Virus record (IMG/VR): IMGVR_UViG_3300037510_000012
Location: 85,267 to 129,142 of that record
Direction: 5' to 3' (one strand)
Length of the DNA stretch: 43,876 nucleotides
Source: a virus
Taxonomy: Duplodnaviria > Heunggongvirae > Uroviricota > Caudoviricetes
A program made the translations under genes and the position numbers. This document shows positions 7,620 through 15,392 of this stretch, piece by piece; position 1 is the stretch's first letter, and every line of letters begins with the position of its first letter. The notes beneath the pieces were generated by a model that was given only the letters and a program-made list of their open reading frames with translations, was not told the DNA's origin and searched no databases.

Positions 7620-7883
7620 ATGTTCGGAAAGAAGCCTAAGGCAAACCTTAGTGGCTGGAAGTACGAAATTGAGCCTACCGGAATTGGCTCTGGTTCAATG
7701 AAGCAATGGCGGGCCAATATTACTGACCCTGATGGTGGAACGTACAACAACGACTGGCTCGGTATCCTTGACTACGTTCTTGTTTACGGTAAGGATATCA
7801 ATAAGGCAGAGAAGCGTGTTCTTGCAATCATGAACCGTCTTCAGCTTGACCGTGAGACTCGACTTTCCGTAACCATTCTCTGA
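7620..7883 (+). CDS. hypothetical protein
   Basis: RBS ACAGGGG, ATG 7620 in ORF 7548..7883. Confidence 0.7.
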   Translation: MFGKKPKANLSGWKYEIEPTGIGSGSMKQWRANITDPDGGTYNNDWLGILDYVLVYGKDINKAEKRVLAIMNRLQLDRETRLSVTIL

Positions 7884-7897
7884 GAGGACTAGCAACC

Positions 7898-8086
7898 ATG
7901 ATGATTCCCTTCCCCCGACTGCCTGAGACCGATGGCAACAAGTGCGCCGAGAGCGGCTGTGATGGCTTCTACCAGCCTTACAGCGATGGGTCCTTCTCCT
8001 GCTACCAGGGACACCGTTCTAGCGTCTCTATGGACGACGTAGAGATTGAGGGTTGGGTGCTTGTGCCTGACCGTGGTGAGTGCTAA
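7898..8086 (+). CDS. small Cys-rich (zinc-ribbon-like) protein
   Basis: RBS GAGGA; C-x4-C ... C-x3-H. Confidence 0.7.
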   Translation: MMIPFPRLPETDGNKCAESGCDGFYQPYSDGSFSCYQGHRSSVSMDDVEIEGWVLVPDRGEC

Positions 8087-8142
8087 GGTTGTTCCAACGG
8101 CGGGGGCCGAAAGGTCCCCGCAAGCTTCCCTAAGGAGGGGTT

Positions 8143-8376
8143 ATGCAGTACAACATCACTGAGCTTATGCCCAAGCAATACATGGAAGACCCGCAAGACC
8201 TTGAGTTTGTTGCTGAGATTGAGGATGATTTCATTCCTCGCATCGGTGATAACCTGGTCTATAACAAGGCAGAGTATCGTGTCGCTGATGTTGAGCGCAA
8301 CCTTGACACTCGAACCACCATCGTGTACGTTAAGACTACTCCGCAAGAGAATGACTTTCTGTACGAAGACTGCTGA
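8143..8376 (+). CDS. hypothetical protein
   Basis: RBS AAGGAGG; FIPRIGD motif seen in small phage beta-barrel proteins. Confidence 0.8.
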   Translation: MQYNITELMPKQYMEDPQDLEFVAEIEDDFIPRIGDNLVYNKAEYRVADVERNLDTRTTIVYVKTTPQENDFLYEDC

Positions 8377-8438
8377 AATTCCGGGGGGTTCGTAAATGAA
8401 CCCCCAAGCTTCCGACTATCTAACTAAGGAATAGAGAA

Positions 8439-8939
8439 ATGGTTGGTAATGAAGAGGAAGCTCGCATTGTAGCCGAGTGGAATTTCGAAGAGTGGGACGA
8501 TTACGAATACGTTCCGCCTAAGGGATTTGAGTATCTTGGTGAGGGTGCTAGCAGAGTTGCACTCCGTAGCATGAAAACGGGGATTGTTTACAAGCGACAC
8601 TACTACCCCGAAAGCAAGGAAAACGAATGGGAATACATCAATATTCAGAGAATTAAGAAGATTCCCATTAAGGGATGGAGAGTCCCTGATGCCAGTCTGT
8701 TCAAGGTTGGCAATGAACAGGTTATCGCAATGGAATTTGTTCAGGGCGGTATGGATGTTTATTGTCAGCGTTCATACAGGTCATGGGACAGACCTTGCAA
8801 TTGTGGTAAGCCTTCCGGTTGTTGTTCTGCTGAGGCATGGGAGCAGCCTGAAGGAATGTGGGGAATTGAGGATATTCACGTCGGCAATATCGTAATCGAT
8901 GATGAAGGAATCAGAGTCCTCATTGACATTGCCTCTTGA
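8439..8939 (+). CDS. protein-kinase-like (Ser/Thr kinase superfamily) protein with Cys-rich insert
   Basis: YLGEGASRVA Gly loop, IVYK lysine, NEWE, IAMEFV hinge, DIHVGNI catalytic loop, LIDIA. Confidence 0.8.
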   Translation: MVGNEEEARIVAEWNFEEWDDYEYVPPKGFEYLGEGASRVALRSMKTGIVYKRHYYPESKENEWEYINIQRIKKIPIKGWRVPDASLFKVGNEQVIAMEFVQGGMDVYCQRSYRSWDRPCNCGKPSGCCSAEAWEQPEGMWGIEDIHVGNIVIDDEGIRVLIDIAS

Positions 8940-9133
8940 CTCATCTGCTCAGTCATGATAGGCTGAGCAAGCTCGAACAAAGGAGAAACAAATTGTCTAA
9001 GCGTCAGATGCCCAAGCCTCGTAACCCCCGAATGAACAAGACGATGGAATATCGCAAGGGCTCTGGTGATTTCCCGACAATGAGTAAGCCCAAGTACAGC
9101 CGTAAGGCAAAGTACATTCGAAAGGAAATGTGA
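8936..9133 (+). CDS. small basic protein
   Basis: TTGA overlap; K/R-rich 65 aa; exact start uncertain. Confidence 0.6.
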   Translation: MTHLLSHDRLSKLEQRRNKLSKRQMPKPRNPRMNKTMEYRKGSGDFPTMSKPKYSRKAKYIRKEM

Positions 9134-9186
9134 TGGATAACGGACACTGCTGGTGTGGTGCTGAGTATCCTTGCCTCAAGCACTGA
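9133..9186 (+). CDS. possible 17 aa Cys/His micro-peptide
   Basis: TGATG coupling, AAGGAA 5' of start; MDNGHCWCGAEYPCLKH. Confidence 0.4.
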   Translation: MDNGHCWCGAEYPCLKH

Positions 9187-9189
9187 GGG

Positions 9190-9218
9190 TTGACACCACA
9201 GAGCAGCTAGGGTAAGGT
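9190..9218 (+). promoter_or_regulatory. sigma70/HrdB-type promoter
   Basis: TTGACA 9190-9195, 17 bp, TAAGGT 9213-9218. Confidence 0.75.
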
Positions 9219-9306
9219 TGTAGTCACAAGGGCGGGTGAGGAAAGCCAAACCCGCCAAGCTAGGAGGCACCAACGGGTCCTCCGAAATATTCTAGGGAGA
9301 ATAGAT

Positions 9307-9702
9307 ATGCGTAAGCTGCACTTCACTGACCCTGAGCTTAAGAACTTCGCTCTTCGTGGCAAGAATGCTGTGGTTGGCGGTATGGAGTTGCTTCACGTCC
9401 ACATCCGTACCAATTCCGCGCGGGTTGGCTCCTACGCTGAGCGTGTGGACAGTCTCACCAAGGTCTATGACCTTCCGTACAACGTTCTGTACCACATGAC
9501 CACTGGTGGACACACTGAGGACACTACCCCGAAGCCTGTATTCTTCTACAAGCGTGACTTTGACGGTAAGATTGTCCACCGACACCTTGCCGATTCCGGT
9601 GTGGTGCCTTACACTCATCGTAACGGCTCGTTCCTGAACGACAGCAACTTCCTTCTCGACCTGGTGGCTCTGAAGGATGCTGGGATTGAGGTTGACTACT
9701 GA
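9307..9702 (+). CDS. hypothetical protein
   Basis: RBS GGGAG; 131 aa; strongly biased codon usage. Confidence 0.85.
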   Translation: MRKLHFTDPELKNFALRGKNAVVGGMELLHVHIRTNSARVGSYAERVDSLTKVYDLPYNVLYHMTTGGHTEDTTPKPVFFYKRDFDGKIVHRHLADSGVVPYTHRNGSFLNDSNFLLDLVALKDAGIEVDY

Positions 9703-9772
9703 GCCTCACGCGGGTTATGATTAACCCGCAAGCTTGCAAGACCTAATCATAAACCAAACGAAGGGTATCGTA

Positions 9773-10186
9773 ATGAACAAGGGTCTGAAGGTCGCTGGTC
9801 TCGCTGTCGCTGGTGTTATCGCGCTTACCGCGTGTGACCCTGGCTCTGGCTCTACGGTCTACTACAAGAGTGGTCCGGCTGGTCAGGTGGTTGACCGTGA
9901 CATTGAGAACGGTCACTACGAGCTTGAGACTAAGGACACTAAGGGAAAGAAGCACGAATTCAATGTGACTTTCTCTGTCTACAACGACTGCCACAAGTAC
10001 AGCTACTACCCCTCTTGCGTCAAGCACCGGAATGACCACAAGAGCGTCACTCCGCAGTACAAGAAGAAGCAGGAGCAGAAGCGAAAGGCAGAGCAGCGCA
10101 AGAAGTCTCTGAACAAGAGCAAGACTTCCAAGAAGAGCGGTTTCTCTTTCGGTGGTGGCTCTAGCAGCTCGAAGCGTCGTCGGTAA
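9773..10186 (+). CDS. lipoprotein with basic C-terminal tail
   Basis: MNKGLKVAGLAVAGVIALTA-C lipobox; K/S-rich tail; RBS AAGGG. Confidence 0.85.
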   Translation: MNKGLKVAGLAVAGVIALTACDPGSGSTVYYKSGPAGQVVDRDIENGHYELETKDTKGKKHEFNVTFSVYNDCHKYSYYPSCVKHRNDHKSVTPQYKKKQEQKRKAEQRKKSLNKSKTSKKSGFSFGGGSSSSKRRR

Positions 10187-10189
10187 AAG

Positions 10190-10357
10190 TTCCGGCAAAA
10201 TAGTAGCTAATCGTAAAGGCTAAAAAGAAAAGAATTGAAATAAATCCCCCGGCTTCTGCCGGGGGATTTTTATTTTTCAAAAATAAATTTCAAATTCCGG
10301 CAGAATATATCGTAATCGTAAAGAGGAAATTCCGGCAAAATATGGTCTAATCGTAAA
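10190..10357 (+). repeat. three 28 bp direct repeats TTCCGGCA-R-AATA-N5-TAATCGTAAA
   Basis: copies at 10190-10217, 10295-10322, 10330-10357. Confidence 0.9.
10242..10277 (+). terminator. intrinsic (bidirectional-type) terminator
   Basis: AAATCCCCCGGC-TTCT-GCCGGGGGATTT then T-rich tract, after the last + strand early gene. Confidence 0.9.
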
Positions 10358-10373
10358 TGGGCCACTCCCCGGC

Positions 10374-10411
10374 CGAGGTCCGAAACGCCCGCTTCGCGGG
10401 CTTCGTCCTCG
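10374..10411. other. long GC-rich hairpin
   Basis: CGAGG..CGAA..GCCCG-CTTCG-CGGGC-TTCG.CCTCG nested pairing. Confidence 0.55.
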
Positions 10412-10694
10412 TTCGTCCCGATTTATGTAGGATTGTACCTAAATGTACTGGTATGCCATGGTATGTACCCAAATGTCCGAATTGACCGAATCCCTGCGCC
10501 GACTGGGATAGTACGGGATTCAACTGTTTCTGAGCTAAAGACTTTTCGGCTGTGTGACGATAAGGGAGCTGGGAGATTGTACCAACCTATGTAGCAATAC
10601 AATACATGGCACTAAAAGGTTGAAAGCTGAACAACTCTGGTCGGCCGGATTGGTTGAAACCCGAACAGTCAAAGCATGAAACCATGTATGTGCA

Positions 10695-10980
10695 TTATCC
10701 ACAGGCTGTGGATAAATCTGTGGATAACTCAGCTACTCAGCGCAATGTTACTTCACAGTATGTAGCAAAAGCTCTGTGCGCCGTTCTGAGAGCCTTTCAG
10801 CGGTAGGCACGTCCGGACACCCCAGGACACCCGCGAAAGGCTGTTAGACGCGAATTACACGGAGCGTGATAACTGACAGGGCATCAGAGAACCGGGATAA
10901 TTGCAGGTCACGGCACGTTTCCTCACATGACGACGTGTCAGGTTACTGACCAGTGGTCACGCTCTGCTGACTGTGGATAA
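10695..10980. promoter_or_regulatory. cluster of four perfect DnaA boxes (TTATCCACA)
   Basis: TTATCCACA 10695-10703; TGTGGATAA 10707-10715, 10719-10727, 10972-10980; first three spaced by 3 bp. Confidence 0.8.
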
Positions 10981-11342
10981 CTTTTCTTTACCAAGTTGTT
11001 GCCGAAAGGGTCTTGACAACGAAGCAAAAATCTGCTTTCAGGGGGTGGCCGGCCAATTAGGTAAATTTTTGGTAACGAAACTCAGAAACGCTTGACAAAC
11101 TAGCTACTGATGATGCATTTACGCGCGCACTCGCACTCGCCCCGGACGTGTGATTGGGGAGCGCCGAACGGGAAAACGGACATTCTAGCGTTTGTGCAGG
11201 TCAGACCGGGTTTTTCAAACGACTTCAGATTTTTTTAGGGCTCTGACCTGCGGTTTTGTATTCGTTACCATTCCGTGACCATTTCCAAGGTCAACTGCAC
11301 ACCCCCTCTGACCTGCGGTTTTCTACAAAAGCCCAGGTCAGA
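10903..11342. repeat. TGACCTG(C) repeats in both orientations
   Basis: GCAGGTCA 10903 and 11196; CTCTGACCTGCGGTTTT 11241-11257 and 11306-11322; CAGGTCAGA 11334-11342. Confidence 0.8.
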
Positions 11343-11847
11343 CCATGCCTTAGTGTTTTACATGTCAGCAGGAACGGGGGCCGGAAACGGCACCCGGACC
11401 GACTGGCACCGGCCCTAGCAACTGTGCTAGAGTCGGTAACGACGGAAAGCAAGGGAAAGGGGTACGGACATGAAAGTCACAGCGGGTCCGCGATAGGCGC
11501 GGGCAACGACAACATTATGCCTCCTAGTGCTACAACTAGGGTCGGATTAGTAGCTAAGCCAGTCGCTACGAATTCCGTTCTGAAAGCTCCCCGAAAGGGA
11601 AAGCACATTAAGGACGGGATACCCCAATACGATGGGGCGCGATGTACGGTGACCCGCTAAATCCGGCGCGGATGATGAAAGCAACTTCCGCAAAATATAC
11701 CGGCTCACTGATTCGGAATACTGCCTAAAGCTAATGCCGAATTGAGGGGGTGATAATTCCCGCAGCTCTGCGCTTTCGGGGGGTCGGTTGATGGATATGC
11801 GAAAGTCGTTGTTGCATATCCGGATTGGGAAGAAAGCTGAGGCAAAA

Positions 11848-12150
11848 ATGACCGCTTCCAAGACTGCCAAGCGTCCGGCCGCTCGCAAGGTTGCCGAGAC
11901 TGCCGAGAGTGACCCTCAGAACGTCGCAGGATGGACGTTCACGGCCCCCCGGAAGGTTCGGGGGTGGAAGAGTGCCGGTACCGTCTCTCTGGACCGTACA
12001 GAGACGTTTGAGCCGTCCGACGGATGGCACCGGACCATGCGCGCACTCTGGAACATGGGTGACGCTGCGGAGACTGCCACGGGTGGCAACGCGTACTATG
12101 CGCGTCGCCGTGACGCGATTCTCTCGCGTCTCATCCGTTTCGTTGGCTGA
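11848..12150 (+). CDS. hypothetical protein
   Basis: ATG 11848 in ORF 11788..12150; first gene of the GC-richer block. Confidence 0.7.
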   Translation: MTASKTAKRPAARKVAETAESDPQNVAGWTFTAPRKVRGWKSAGTVSLDRTETFEPSDGWHRTMRALWNMGDAAETATGGNAYYARRRDAILSRLIRFVG

Positions 12151-12224
12151 ATAGCCACTCAGTAAGACAAACCGAAAACACAATCTCCCAATCCGGTTAT
12201 GGAACAACGAAAGGAAAATCCATC

Positions 12225-12626
12225 ATGGATAAGCTCACTGGCCGAATCGCGCTGGAAATTCTCCGGAACCTGAAAAAGCGTGAGGCCGAATACCGCGCGG
12301 ACCGTGAGGAATGGTACCGGGCGGGTGACGGACGGCCCCGGAAGATGTGGCAAGGGCCGGATGATGACCGACCGTACAATTACGGCGGTAAGGGTTGGGC
12401 ATACCCGGAAGCGTGCGTTCACGGCTCTTCCGCATGGACCGACTATGACAACATCTGCGGTCCGTGTGAGGACGGATACAGCGTCTATCAGTTGGCTGTA
12501 TGGGAAGCGCAAGGGCGGGTGTCGGAATACAACAAGCGCTTTGAATGGCTGTTGTCCGCTCCCCGTTCGCTTCCCTACGAAATGCGCGACGATTTGCGCG
12601 ATTGGGTAATCGCTGCGCTCAAGTAA
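12225..12626 (+). CDS. hypothetical protein (C-x-H ... C-x2-C, possible Zn site)
   Basis: RBS AAAGGA; 133 aa. Confidence 0.8.
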   Translation: MDKLTGRIALEILRNLKKREAEYRADREEWYRAGDGRPRKMWQGPDDDRPYNYGGKGWAYPEACVHGSSAWTDYDNICGPCEDGYSVYQLAVWEAQGRVSEYNKRFEWLLSAPRSLPYEMRDDLRDWVIAALK

Positions 12627-12707
12627 TTCAGTCGGTCGGATTGGGGCCGGAAGCAATTCCGGCCACTCTCCCAATCAACTGAAATACAGTTGGTTAGAAA
12701 GGGAATT

Positions 12708-12905
12708 ATGGCTATCGTCGTTTCGCTCATTCTGGCACTCGCCCTTTGGGTCGGTGCTGCAATGGCATTCGCGGCCATTCCCGCATGGCTGGTCATGCTG
12801 ATTCTCGGCGCGGCCGGTTGTCATGTGGGGTACATCCCGTGCCTTTTGGTCGGAACCGTTTTCTCACTGTTTTTCTGTGAAGCGCGGGTTTCCGTCCGGT
12901 ACTAA
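12708..12905 (+). CDS. small membrane protein
   Basis: RBS AGAAAGGG; almost entirely hydrophobic 65 aa. Confidence 0.75.
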   Translation: MAIVVSLILALALWVGAAMAFAAIPAWLVMLILGAAGCHVGYIPCLLVGTVFSLFFCEARVSVRY

Positions 12906-12998
12906 CGGTTTGGGGGTCTGCCTTTTCTCCGAAAGGGGGAAAGGCATTCCACCCCAATCCGCTAGACGAAAAGCGGTGTCCTGAAAGGGAAAAAGAAA

Positions 12999-13667
12999 AT
13001 GTCGCTTGGTTCTCAGAGTGAGGCAAACGAGATTTTCGCGTACGTCCTCCGGTGGAATGCGTGGAAGGAATTCAACCGGAGCAACGAATACGCACGTTGG
13101 GAATTTGAAGACCACTTCCAGCGTGTGGCCAATCACAAGGCGGACCCGGAATGGTACCGGCACCCCGGAGAATTCCGGTGCCACTACGCCTACGGCCCGG
13201 AAATGCCGGAACCGACCGTGCCGGACGGCTGGAAGTTCCTTGCGGCCGGTGTGAGTCGTCGCGCCTACCTTTCCCCTACGGGAGTCGTTTACAAGGTCCA
13301 GCGGGACCCCGGAAGCGACTATCAGGGGAACAAGGGTGAGCACGAAACGGCCGAACGGGTGCGGAAGTCGGGTGAGGTGCGCGGCGCGTACATTCCCCGA
13401 ACCGCACTGTATGAGGTTCCGGGGTCATGGGTTATCGCCCTGGAATACATGCACGGTGTCCGGGGTGACTGGCATTGGGAAACCTATTGCAGCCCTTACA
13501 GCCGCTGTCAGTGCGCGTTTCCCGGTTACCGCCGTTGCGCTTCCGCCATTAAGCGGGAGTTGCAAACCAAGTTGGGACTTACGGACCTGCACAACGAAAA
13601 CGTTTTGTGGGTTCCGTCGCAGCGTGTTTGGGCGGTAGTCGATTTGGGACTGTCCAACAATTGGTAA
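12999..13667 (+). CDS. protein-kinase-like protein with Cys-rich insert, paralogue of 8439..8939
   Basis: FLAAGVSRRA, VVYKV, NKGEHE, IALEYM, DLHNENV, VVDLG. Confidence 0.8.
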   Translation: MSLGSQSEANEIFAYVLRWNAWKEFNRSNEYARWEFEDHFQRVANHKADPEWYRHPGEFRCHYAYGPEMPEPTVPDGWKFLAAGVSRRAYLSPTGVVYKVQRDPGSDYQGNKGEHETAERVRKSGEVRGAYIPRTALYEVPGSWVIALEYMHGVRGDWHWETYCSPYSRCQCAFPGYRRCASAIKRELQTKLGLTDLHNENVLWVPSQRVWAVVDLGLSNNW

Positions 13668-13739
13668 CCGTTCTGCCGGTTTGGGGGTGCTCATTCCGAA
13701 AGGGTGAGCATTCCCCATGTCTCGCAGAAAGGATGAGTT

Positions 13740-14198
13740 ATGCGTGACTACAACCCGACAAAGCCGGTAAGCGAATGGAATTACGCTGTTGAGGCCGAAT
13801 ACGGCTGGAATGGCGAAAACCTCATTCGGTCGGCTTTCTTCGGAACGGCAAAGGAATTTGCCGAATGGCTGGACCGTTTCGACTACGGTTCCGGCGACGT
13901 ATTCGGATGGAACGGTGATTCTGCCGTTTTGGAAGCGGTGGACTCATTCCGAAAGGAACCCATGTACGCACTTCCGGAATTCATTACGGAATACGACGTG
14001 AACAACGAAACCGACCCCGGAAAGGTAATCGGGGCGGATGAGTTCAACCGTCTGTTTCGCACTTTCCACCGAAAGGACGGTTACCGCGTACGTCGTTGGG
14101 CCGTTCCTGAGGGTCACGTCTACGCCGTTATGTTCAACGGTGAGTTGACCGGCCCTATGTGGCACATTCCTACTGACGCCGATTGCGTGTACGCCTAA
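13740..14198 (+). CDS. hypothetical protein
   Basis: RBS GAAAGGA; 152 aa. Confidence 0.8.
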   Translation: MRDYNPTKPVSEWNYAVEAEYGWNGENLIRSAFFGTAKEFAEWLDRFDYGSGDVFGWNGDSAVLEAVDSFRKEPMYALPEFITEYDVNNETDPGKVIGADEFNRLFRTFHRKDGYRVRRWAVPEGHVYAVMFNGELTGPMWHIPTDADCVYA

Positions 14199-14366
14199 GC
14201 GCAATTCGGCCCGGATATGAGGGGAGGTGGTTTCCTTGCGACGTAGGCGCAAGCGCAAATTACCCAACTGACTAAAGCTTGACGCTAGGGCGTCCGGGCA
14301 TTCGCAAGCCAATTTGGTTGTGAGTGTCCGAATGTCCTAAGGGTTAGGGCATTAGAAAGGCACATC

Positions 14367-14540
14367 ATGCGTACGGTTTCGGTTGACGGCATGTCCGGCA
14401 TCATTGCGGCGCGCGGTATGGGACCGAATGAGGGTCGGGTGTTCGTTCTGTTCGATGGGGACGGAACGGCGGAAGAGTCGGCCCGTTGGGTGTCTGTCGA
14501 GACTGTCACGGTGACCGGGGTCATTGCTGGCACGTTCTGA
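14367..14540 (+). CDS. small hypothetical protein (57 aa, beta-rich)
   Basis: RBS AGAAAGG; MRTVSVDGMSGIIAARG...GTF. Confidence 0.7.
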   Translation: MRTVSVDGMSGIIAARGMGPNEGRVFVLFDGDGTAEESARWVSVETVTVTGVIAGTF

Positions 14541-14643
14541 GTGATTGGGGGCCGTTCTGAGACGCTGTGAGCGGCCCCCCGGCCCGTTCGTCCACCCCGA
14601 CCCTGTAAGGCCGTTAGAACGGCACAGAGAGGATTTTTGTACC

Positions 14644-14868
14644 ATGGCACGTACCAAGTGGGAGATTCTGGAAGCGCGTGCGGAAAAGATGCGTGAGGAA
14701 TTGGCCGAATTGGAAAGCTACATGCGCGGAATGGAAAACACCCCGGATAACGCAAAGTGCACGGGGTGCGGCGAACAGTTCCGCGTCAATGCCGACTTTG
14801 CGCGGCATTTCAAGATTCCGAATGAGCAACTGTTGAACACGGGTTATTGCCCCAATAACCCGCGATAG
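14644..14868 (+). CDS. coiled-coil + zinc-finger protein
   Basis: RBS AGAGGA; heptad N-terminus, C-x2-C ... H ... C. Confidence 0.75.
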   Translation: MARTKWEILEARAEKMREELAELESYMRGMENTPDNAKCTGCGEQFRVNADFARHFKIPNEQLLNTGYCPNNPR

Positions 14869-14957
14869 CGCTTAGCTGTCTGGCGATTGCCATTCTCTTT
14901 CGGGGGAATGGCAATACGCCAAATGCCTAAGGGTTAGGCAGGAAAAGGGGAAAGCTA

Positions 14958-15392
14958 ATGGAGATTCGCAACGTTCCGAGTGCCGACATTGTCGGAACGG
15001 CCATTCTGCGGACTTCCGCAAAGTGGGGTGACAACATCACTTCCAAGAATGGCATTACCGTTTCGGCCAATCGTCGGAACGGAAACGTCAATGTCCGGGT
15101 GACGCTGCGGGGGCATTCCTCGCACGGTGACGGAATGCGGGAAAGCGCAAGCGGTAGGCGCGGCCCGTGGGTTTGCTGGCACGCGCACCGGGACTTTTTC
15201 CGTGCGCTGTTTGAGCTTGCGCCTATGGCGAGTGTCCGAACCGGTTTGGGTCGGGACGGTGTGACCTATACGGCGGACACGTTCGAAACGCTCTTCCCGC
15301 GCACGTACAACACAAATGCGGGTAGCGCATGGTATCCGCGTGAGTTCGGCACTCTGTGCGGCCACGGTGGACGTGAGGCCACGAACGGCTAA
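14958..15392 (+). CDS. hypothetical protein
   Basis: RBS AAGGGG; 144 aa. Confidence 0.8.
   Translation: MEIRNVPSADIVGTAILRTSAKWGDNITSKNGITVSANRRNGNVNVRVTLRGHSSHGDGMRESASGRRGPWVCWHAHRDFFRALFELAPMASVRTGLGRDGVTYTADTFETLFPRTYNTNAGSAWYPREFGTLCGHGGREATNG

Larger units (their letters stand above)
223..9735 (+). repeat. dispersed family of intergenic hairpin + AAGCT(T/A) elements (15 copies on + strand)
   Basis: AAGCTT at 243, 1287, 1873, 2114, 3176, 4126, 4362, 4901, 6061, 7059, 8122, 8406, 9730 and AAGCTA at 6625, 9257; each 0-3 nt 3' of a GC-rich inverted repeat. Confidence 0.9.

Noticed and set aside
10190-10357. 28 bp repeats as a mini-CRISPR array
   Set aside because: Spacers are 77 and 7 bp, the repeat core varies, and no cas genes are present.
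10371-10411. GAAAC...GTC arrangement resembling hammerhead stem III
   Set aside because: No upstream CTGANGA; a simple long hairpin explains it.
11256-12207. ORFs 11256..11660 (+), 11547..11888 (-) and 11731..12207 (-)
   Set aside because: No RBS, they overlap repeats or a better-supported + strand gene, and composition is not protein-like.
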